64,000 nt of DNA from an uncultured virus (IMG/VR IMGVR_UViG_3300042336_000257) (taxonomy: Duplodnaviria > Heunggongvirae > Uroviricota > Caudoviricetes): positions 1-64,000 of IMG/VR virus record IMGVR_UViG_3300042336_000257. One strand, written 5' to 3'. Below, piece after piece: positions 57,040-64,000 of the stretch; the first letter of the stretch is position 1, and the number at the start of each line of letters is the position of its first letter. The notes under the pieces were generated by a model, which saw only the letters and a list, made by a program, of their open reading frames with translations, searched no databases and was not told the DNA's origin. The position numbers were made by a program, and so were the translations under genes.

Positions 57040-59019
57040 TTATTTCGTAATACAATCTATTTGCTGTTTAACTTCATCTTGATATTCAGGAATGCCCAGG
57101 ATTGGTCGTATTAATGCTCCCGATCCTGTATCACTAATAACTCTTATAATTGGTAAGTCGGTAGTTATATTGGTATTTATCGGAGTAGCCTGAACAATTC
57201 CTCCCTTATCAATTACTAGATCATATTCTGTGCCGAAATTATCAGTTGCTATATCACCAACTCGATATCCAGTTCCAGGATTATCAATAACTGTATTAGT
57301 TACTGCATAATTTGCAATATCACCAACAGGATAATTTTCACCCTCAGATACAAGATAAATGGCACTCACTTCTCCAGCATCATTAATTAATGCTCTAGCA
57401 ACTGCACCATATCCCTGATTACAATTATCTTGAATGGTAACAAATGGTGGGAATTGATATCCCGATCCAGGATTAGTGATTTGCACTCCAATGCAACTTC
57501 CAGTTGCTTCTGCGCCAAGTCCAACAATTGTTCCCATAAGTGGCGTAGCTGCTGCGCCAGTCCCACCACCACCAAAAATATTGATAGTAGGAGCACCACA
57601 AACTAATGGCGGTCCAGTATAACAACCACCCAAAGCACTCAATGGATTACTTACAGCGTCAATAACTTGACCTGTAGTTGATTTAAAGATATCATAAGCA
57701 TCTGTGAAACTACCTGTCATATCTTGCAAGGTAGAATTGGCAGTGTTCATAATATTAGAAATCTGAGTAAATGGATCTGCCCCAGACATCATTGGACCAC
57801 CACCAATCACATATGTTGTTGCAAGATTTGTACATTTGTCTTTATTTTGATTACATCCAAAAATAGAACCAATACCTTTAATTGCATCAATTGAACTTCG
57901 AATTAAATTGGCAATATTAAGACCTGCAGTTAAAATCTTAGCAACTCCACCAATGGCAGCACTTAGTGCATCAGCAATGCCATCAACAATATTATTCAAA
58001 AGTGCTCCAACAAATTGATTAGCAGCACAAGAAACAAAGTTTTTAATATTATCTACTGCAGAATTAACCATCTGCTCAATAACACCCTTCAATCCTTCAA
58101 TTACTTTTCCAACAACACACCCTAGTGCTTTTTGGAATGCTTTCACTGGTTTTACCATTGCAGTCTGAGCTGCAACCCCACCCAAGTGAGCTGCTACGGG
58201 GTTGCCAGTTATCGCTAAAATTTTTCCAAATACATCTTTATATAAAAAGTCTAAACCAGCCTTCATCAATTTGACCATCTCATCACCCAACCATTTGACC
58301 GCATTGCCAATCATTTCGTTGCAGTCTTTTAGAATTCCATTAATTGCCTCTTTGATTTTTGCTTTTTTCTTCTGTATATTATTCTGTAACTTTCTAATCT
58401 TTTTAAGTAGGTTTTCAATTCTGGCAGTTATTTTATCCACTGTAGTATTCTTACAGGGATTTGCCATAACAATTTTGTCACCAATAACAGAACTTACTGA
58501 AACATCTCCAGTTGAAGAAGATGTATCATCTGTTCTAGCAACAGGAGAAACTTGAGATTTAGGATTGCCAGATTCATTTGATTCATTCGGAACAAGAGTT
58601 CCATCTGGTTTAGGAATATTCTCAGTATATCCCGTGAATGGTTGAAATGGTCCTTTATAATCTTTGCTTACTACGTCCGATGTTTTACCAAATGTTGCTA
58701 ATATGACGGGGATTTGTGCATTATCACCATCCATAAAGAACCCGAAAACCACATCACTAGGTTGAAGTGCAACATCTGTAGATTGATTTGCTGCGCCACT
58801 TCCAGACGTGGTTGGTATCAGAACTTGAGCCCATGGAAGGTCTTCATTTTTTAATTCAGATTCATAGAATGGATGATACCCCATAATACGAACACGGTAT
58901 CTATTACCCCAACCTTCAGCACCTTGTCTATGATAAGGAGCAGGGGGAATCTGACCAATCCACCAACGGAATCCGTCTCTACCTAGAAAATTACTTTTAA
59001 GTAATGATTCATCTATCAT
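57040..59019 (-). CDS. gp5: baseplate hub subunit gp5-like (N-terminal OB fold)
   Basis: GRDGFRWWIGQI..RYRVRIMGYH..LPWAQV..P...G..VFGFF.DG..AQ.P.I. Confidence 0.85.
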   Translation of the reverse strand: MIDESLLKSNFLGRDGFRWWIGQIPPAPYHRQGAEGWGNRYRVRIMGYHPFYESELKNEDLPWAQVLIPTTSGSGAANQSTDVALQPSDVVFGFFMDGDNAQIPVILATFGKTSDVVSKDYKGPFQPFTGYTENIPKPDGTLVPNESNESGNPKSQVSPVARTDDTSSSTGDVSVSSVIGDKIVMANPCKNTTVDKITARIENLLKKIRKLQNNIQKKKAKIKEAINGILKDCNEMIGNAVKWLGDEMVKLMKAGLDFLYKDVFGKILAITGNPVAAHLGGVAAQTAMVKPVKAFQKALGCVVGKVIEGLKGVIEQMVNSAVDNIKNFVSCAANQFVGALLNNIVDGIADALSAAIGGVAKILTAGLNIANLIRSSIDAIKGIGSIFGCNQNKDKCTNLATTYVIGGGPMMSGADPFTQISNIMNTANSTLQDMTGSFTDAYDIFKSTTGQVIDAVSNPLSALGGCYTGPPLVCGAPTINIFGGGGTGAAATPLMGTIVGLGAEATGSCIGVQITNPGSGYQFPPFVTIQDNCNQGYGAVARALINDAGEVSAIYLVSEGENYPVGDIANYAVTNTVIDNPGTGYRVGDIATDNFGTEYDLVIDKGGIVQATPINTNITTDLPIIRVISDTGSGALIRPILGIPEYQDEVKQQIDCITK

Positions 59020-60386
59020 GACTTATTAGCCTCTGGATTTATACCAAATGTATCTCTAACTAATTTCATAGAAGTATAAGATGATTCTGTATCAAAGTGA
59101 TGACACAGTTCTTTAATCATATATAGACCGCTTGTTTCCTCGTCCAATTCGTTTCCATCTTGAGAAGATATCTTTGGAAAATTGCATTTAATGACATCCC
59201 CTGCACTTAGATTTGTATTCAGAGGAACAACCATACTTAAAGTTTGAGTGAAAAGTATATTATACCTCATAATAGACTGAGATTGATACTTTTCTGGACT
59301 TGCATTCACTTCTTTAGATGGTTCTTTATTCAGAGTACCAACATCAAGACACATTGTGAAGATTCTAGTTGGAGTTTCACCAAGATCTTTTGAACTACCA
59401 GAAGTTATTTTAGGAAGTTTTATTTTTTCGCCAAGATTACTTGTCTTATTAACATAGTCATTTAACTTAAATAATCCCTTTTGGGGATTTGTAAATTCAA
59501 ACGTTAATGGATTAAAAAATATTCTGTAACTTGAATATGTGCCTAACTTAAGTTTCTCAATTAAGTTTTGATTCTTCTCTGTAGTATATTTCAAGATTTT
59601 AAAGTCGTTCTTTACAGCGTCACCCTTTTCATCATATGTTTCAATGCTTTGACTATAAAGATAAACTGCTTTTGGTTTTTGTTTAATCAAATTATCAATT
59701 GACCTGAAATTAAAACCATCCTTGGTTTGATAGAATACAAATCCAGCGGTAGCATCACCTGAAGTAGCAGGAACACCTTTTGATGCTAGCCAGATTAAGA
59801 CAGTAAATGGCTTACGCATATTACCAATAAATCCATACTTATTTGTTGTCCTCTCTATTGAATCATTAGTAAATTTGTCAGTCTTAAGGATATTTTTAAG
59901 AATTTGTTTTACAGAAGTATCAATACTATTGTCTGGGGCAAACTTTTTTCCTACTCTTACTGTTTCATTTGTGATTGCTTCTCTTGAAGTAAGATGTAAA
60001 GTAAAAGCTTCTCTTTGAGATTCTGCAATCACATCAGTAATACTTGAGACATACAAGTAATCTTTTGATGACTTGGAAAAATCAATGGCAATATTAGACT
60101 CGGTGTTAGGAGAAATTTTCAATCTAAGTCTCTCCCCACCCCTAAGAGGAAGACCATTATAAACAGACTGGGGATTCTTATCTGTGCTCCCATCAGGGTT
60201 AGCAGAAGGTATGCTATCACCAGTATTAATCATCTTCAAAGTCGCAGTGATTGTTGGCGAAAAGATATCTTCATAATAGTCAAAAGAAACTATTGAAGGC
60301 GTGATATCAACTGTTCTTTGCTGATCATTTGATTCTAGAATTGCTTCTTCAAACTTGGATGGGGATTGTGCTACTACTTGTGCCAT
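59016..60386 (-). CDS. baseplate hub protein (gp27-like)
   Basis: YYEDIFSP, FVFYQTKDGFNFRSID.L, AGDVI...P..SG.Y.I..LCH.F; position next to gp5. Confidence 0.6.
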   Translation of the reverse strand: MAQVVAQSPSKFEEAILESNDQQRTVDITPSIVSFDYYEDIFSPTITATLKMINTGDSIPSANPDGSTDKNPQSVYNGLPLRGGERLRLKISPNTESNIAIDFSKSSKDYLYVSSITDVIAESQREAFTLHLTSREAITNETVRVGKKFAPDNSIDTSVKQILKNILKTDKFTNDSIERTTNKYGFIGNMRKPFTVLIWLASKGVPATSGDATAGFVFYQTKDGFNFRSIDNLIKQKPKAVYLYSQSIETYDEKGDAVKNDFKILKYTTEKNQNLIEKLKLGTYSSYRIFFNPLTFEFTNPQKGLFKLNDYVNKTSNLGEKIKLPKITSGSSKDLGETPTRIFTMCLDVGTLNKEPSKEVNASPEKYQSQSIMRYNILFTQTLSMVVPLNTNLSAGDVIKCNFPKISSQDGNELDEETSGLYMIKELCHHFDTESSYTSMKLVRDTFGINPEANKS

Positions 60387-62266
60387 TATAGATACGCTAA
60401 ATCAGTTAAGAACTTTTGTTTGATAAAATTATTTAACACACTTGATGGTGGGCTTTGTGTGGTTTGTGATTCTTGTTCAAGAGAACGAGATCCAAACGAT
60501 GCAGCGGCAGAATTCAATAATTGTGCTAATCCACTCAAATCCATTTGTGGTCGTGTATCAACCACGCTTACAACATCTGGAGACATACTTGGTGTAATTC
60601 CAGATGCAACATCCATTGATGGAACACCAGATACAGAACTTGCTGTTGAACCTGCTGCACCATGAGAAACAGTAACTCCCCCCGTTCCAATAATTTCTGC
60701 TTCTCTACCATATCCACCACGATAATACACTGCACCAACTGCAAAAGGAAACTTAGTTGCCGATCCTACTTGAGATGGGAATGTTTGTTTTACTTTAGAA
60801 TTGATTTCTTGCATATCAACAGCGGCACTACTTCTTCCACCATGGGCTCTCTGCTCTGCAGCAATTAATCTTCTGATATTATCATCACTACCAGATGCAT
60901 ATTGTTTTATATTTCCATAAAATACAGTTGAACCTCTTGCAAGCATTGCTTTTGTTGCATGGAAAGCAACTTCACGAATACTTGCAAGTTGCTCTGCCGT
61001 TGGATTTGCTCCTTTATAATCTAAGTGGAAGTGAGTCGCATAACTAGCCTCCCCTCTACCAGATCCACCCTGAATAAATCCCCCTGGTCCAACTTGTGGT
61101 ATTAAACTCATTGTTCCAGTTGATACTGCAGGTGCTTGTTGTAGATTTGCAGATTGCTGCCCAGATGCATATGCTGCTGGAGATACATTTGCTGCTTTTT
61201 GTGCTTCTGGTAAAAATGACCTATATTTTCCAGACTTATAAACACTCCAAGGATTAAAATTAGAACCACCAGACAGAATGAATGCTGCCCTTGCATTAGT
61301 TAGAGGGTCTTTTAATTGCTCATAGGATGTTATTCCAAATTTTTTCAATCTTTCTGGGCCAAGGGACCCAATCATATTAATTTGCCATAAACCATAAGAT
61401 AAGTCACGAGTCCTTGGATTGTCATTTACTACACCAGATCTTCCACCAGACTCTGCTTTTGCAACTGCTGCTGCAGTAACTGCATTTTGTTGACTAAATC
61501 CAGCTTGTTTTGCAACAGCAACTAATTGTTCAGTGGATAATGTTTCTCCAGCTCCTGGAAATTGAGATTCGCGTTCTGAGAATTGAGATTCTCCCTGAGT
61601 GCCCAATGGTGGTGCATTTTGACCACTTGCAATCCCTTCATTGAGAGATGTTGTCATCAATCTCAATGCGTCATCGATTGATGATGACATATCAGATAGA
61701 TTTTGATTGAGTTGTCCAAATGTATCTTTTACTCTATTCGATGTGTCAAAGAAATCAAATGACATAATGTTTTGGGCAACGGCACCAAGAAGATTGAACA
61801 TATTACCAACAAATCCAATTGCACCCATAAAAAACTGTTTAATAATTGCCACTCCCTTATAAATTCTGGCAACAAATTCTTTTGCCATTCCAATCCAAGT
61901 TGGTAAGTTTCTTAGTAACCATCCCACTCCCAAATATGCAATCGCAGATAAAATCCTTCCCAAAAATCCTTTACCACTGTTGAGGATAGATTTCTCAGTA
62001 GCAAATCCTGGAGAAAGGATAGAACCTAGACTTGATGCTTCAAGTTGATCTTCTGCTTCTTTCTTTCTTAAATTATCCTGTCTTTTTTGAAAGAGACCTT
62101 TACTTCTGAATACTGCTTCACTTTTTATCTTAGTTCTATTTAAAATAACTCTTTTAGTATCACTAATTACTGTTCTTGTATTAGAAAGACTTCTTCTCAT
62201 GTTTATAAACGTGGAAGAAATCTTATTGATTGAACTAGTTCCAGCAGATAAACTTAAAACTGCCAT
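60386..62266 (-). CDS. tail/baseplate protein with lytic transglycosylase (lysozyme-like) domain
   Basis: AAVAKAESGG..DLSYGLWQINM..DPLTNARAA....G.NFNPWSVY. Confidence 0.8.
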   Translation of the reverse strand: MAVLSLSAGTSSINKISSTFINMRRSLSNTRTVISDTKRVILNRTKIKSEAVFRSKGLFQKRQDNLRKKEAEDQLEASSLGSILSPGFATEKSILNSGKGFLGRILSAIAYLGVGWLLRNLPTWIGMAKEFVARIYKGVAIIKQFFMGAIGFVGNMFNLLGAVAQNIMSFDFFDTSNRVKDTFGQLNQNLSDMSSSIDDALRLMTTSLNEGIASGQNAPPLGTQGESQFSERESQFPGAGETLSTEQLVAVAKQAGFSQQNAVTAAAVAKAESGGRSGVVNDNPRTRDLSYGLWQINMIGSLGPERLKKFGITSYEQLKDPLTNARAAFILSGGSNFNPWSVYKSGKYRSFLPEAQKAANVSPAAYASGQQSANLQQAPAVSTGTMSLIPQVGPGGFIQGGSGRGEASYATHFHLDYKGANPTAEQLASIREVAFHATKAMLARGSTVFYGNIKQYASGSDDNIRRLIAAEQRAHGGRSSAAVDMQEINSKVKQTFPSQVGSATKFPFAVGAVYYRGGYGREAEIIGTGGVTVSHGAAGSTASSVSGVPSMDVASGITPSMSPDVVSVVDTRPQMDLSGLAQLLNSAAASFGSRSLEQESQTTQSPPSSVLNNFIKQKFLTDLAYL

Positions 62267-62267
62267 C

Positions 62268-63878
62268 TTACATCACCACATTATAACTTAATTGAGAGTA
62301 CATAGTGTAAAAATTATTAGGATTACTCGAAGATATATGGGGAACATTGTTAGAAGAATTTCCTTTTCTTAATGATGGTGCTGGTGGTTTTTGCTTCATC
62401 TCTGGTTGTGTCAAAATAACCTGAGGAGCTGGTTTAGTTAAAGGTCCTAATGGTGCATTTTCTGTTTGCTTTTGTGATATTTTTGCTTCTGGAGACACTG
62501 GAGTAACAGAAAGAGCTCTTTCTTCAGCAGTTTCTCCTGGAAGTAAAGGTCTCATTGTTGGTATATTTTTATATAAGTCTAAGTATCCTTTTTCTTCTTC
62601 TGTTGGAGTTACTTCTGGTGCAGCGGTTCCAACATTCATATTAAGATCTCCATTTACCCCTGGAGTCATTGGAAGCATAGGTGTTGCTGCTGGAGCTTCT
62701 GGTGTTTGTGAAGTTGAACCTGGTGGTGGAATATTTGGTTTATTTGGCTTTAATTGTTGCTGTGGAGTTGAAGAAGTTGGAGTTTGTTTTTGTTCTTGTC
62801 CCCCACCTGCCATTCTAGATAATTCAAGTCCAACTCTTCCAGCGGCTGCAAATCCTCCGATTACTGGAAACATAGATAACGCACTAAGAGCTGCTCCTGG
62901 CAAATCTCCTTGACTCAAATCATAACCTGTCGAGACTGCACCAAGAGCAGTTCCAAGACCAGGGGTAAAACCACCAGCAACTCTCCCACCTCCAGCTGCT
63001 GCAGCACCGCCACCTTTCATAAAATTAAAGAACTTAGTCATTAAGTTCGTGCTACCTGTTACAGTAGGTCTTGCACCTCTGGCAGCGGCATTGGCAGCGG
63101 CAGGTGCTCCTCTACTGAATAATCCAGCAACACCTCTACCTAAAGCACCCAGACCTCTGAATGGCAGTAAAATCAGTTTAGCAATTAAACCACCAACTTT
63201 AAAAACTACACCATTGAGTAATCTTAGGAAAACAGCAAATCCAACATTAATCGCTAATAAACCAGCACCAGCATAAAGTAAGTTCTTGAGGATACTATTC
63301 TTAATCTCATCAAAAACTTTAAAATTTTTATCCTTGTATGCCCTTAATAATTCTATTCCTTGAAGTGTGAACCACCCACCAAGAAGAGTGAATATTGCGC
63401 TCTTAATCCTATCAAATATACCCTCAGTCTGCTCAATAACTTTTTTTACTGGACTGATAAGAGCATTTTGTATTTTCTTTTCTAATTCGTTTTCACGACC
63501 TCTTTTTATATCTCTATCAACTATCTTTTGCTCATTATCTTGTTCTGTTTGAATTCTTTTTTGCTCAGCAATAGTTTCTCCTCTGAGAAGTCTAGCAATA
63601 TCTCTAACACCATTGGTTAAATTTAAAACTTCTACACGAACAAATTCAATCTGCTTTGAAATTGTTCCAAGAGAAGATTGATTTGCCTTTACAATTGCTA
63701 AACTTTGAGTGCTTGCTAAATCATTTCCATCTTGCCTAACTAAAGCACCACCACGACCACGAAACACAGAACTGGAAACAGTTGCTCTACGGAATAGTGC
63801 TTTTCTGGCTTCAGCAGACAGGTAAGATCCTGTTCTAGGATCTACACCTGTTTGTGCTATGGTTATTGCATCAGCCAT
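62268..63878 (-). CDS. tape-measure/baseplate hub-like protein
   Basis: Helical and Gly/Ala-rich hydrophobic segments, low-complexity tail; lies between gp51 and lysozyme-domain gene. Confidence 0.55.
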   Translation of the reverse strand: MADAITIAQTGVDPRTGSYLSAEARKALFRRATVSSSVFRGRGGALVRQDGNDLASTQSLAIVKANQSSLGTISKQIEFVRVEVLNLTNGVRDIARLLRGETIAEQKRIQTEQDNEQKIVDRDIKRGRENELEKKIQNALISPVKKVIEQTEGIFDRIKSAIFTLLGGWFTLQGIELLRAYKDKNFKVFDEIKNSILKNLLYAGAGLLAINVGFAVFLRLLNGVVFKVGGLIAKLILLPFRGLGALGRGVAGLFSRGAPAAANAAARGARPTVTGSTNLMTKFFNFMKGGGAAAAGGGRVAGGFTPGLGTALGAVSTGYDLSQGDLPGAALSALSMFPVIGGFAAAGRVGLELSRMAGGGQEQKQTPTSSTPQQQLKPNKPNIPPPGSTSQTPEAPAATPMLPMTPGVNGDLNMNVGTAAPEVTPTEEEKGYLDLYKNIPTMRPLLPGETAEERALSVTPVSPEAKISQKQTENAPLGPLTKPAPQVILTQPEMKQKPPAPSLRKGNSSNNVPHISSSNPNNFYTMYSQLSYNVVM

Positions 63879-63999
63879 TCGTTATGCCGTTTTTAAGATT
63901 TTCTTCTTCTATAAACTGCTGAAGAAGAGAGATATAAATTTCTCTCTCCCAAGGTATCATATTTTCTAACTCTGTCAATGAATATTTATGATGCTGTAT
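63871..63999 (-). CDS. gp51: baseplate hub assembly catalyst gp51-like, 5' end outside window
   Basis: Manual translation ..IQHHKYSLTELENMIPWEREIYISLLQQFIEEEN. Confidence 0.85.
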   Translation of the reverse strand: MQHHKYSLTELENMIPWEREIYISLLQQFIEEENLKNGITNG

Positions 64000-64000
64000 G

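Overview
This window is 64 kb of a T4-like cyanomyophage genome (Kyanoviridae-type, probably infecting Synechococcus or Cyanobium). The assignment rests on CP12, a CpeT/CpcT lyase, a Trp halogenase, 2OG-Fe(II) oxygenases and T4-type baseplate genes (gp5, gp51). Almost every gene is on the minus strand. From left to right: (i) 1-7.6 kb is a GC-rich early region of mini-genes, most with their own copy of a repeated promoter cassette (22-bp palindrome, ~30 nt, -10 box, short leader without a Shine-Dalgarno); it includes a MutH-like nuclease, a ligase-like protein and a cyAbrB/ArdA-like fusion. (ii) 5.6-8.1 kb holds non-coding, palindrome-rich DNA that is a candidate origin, followed by the only convincing plus-strand gene, a GIY-YIG endonuclease. 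(iii) 9-39 kb is an accessory region with auxiliary metabolic genes, a nuclease/methylase/Dam/ParB-like cluster and an SF2 helicase. (iv) 39-64 kb holds tail-fibre and baseplate genes and three tRNAs, two of them structurally atypical. The most striking candidate is a virion protein with two phycobiliprotein-beta-like domains that keep both bilin-site cysteines, in a genome that also encodes a T-type bilin lyase. All family calls are by-eye motif recognition; no database search was run.
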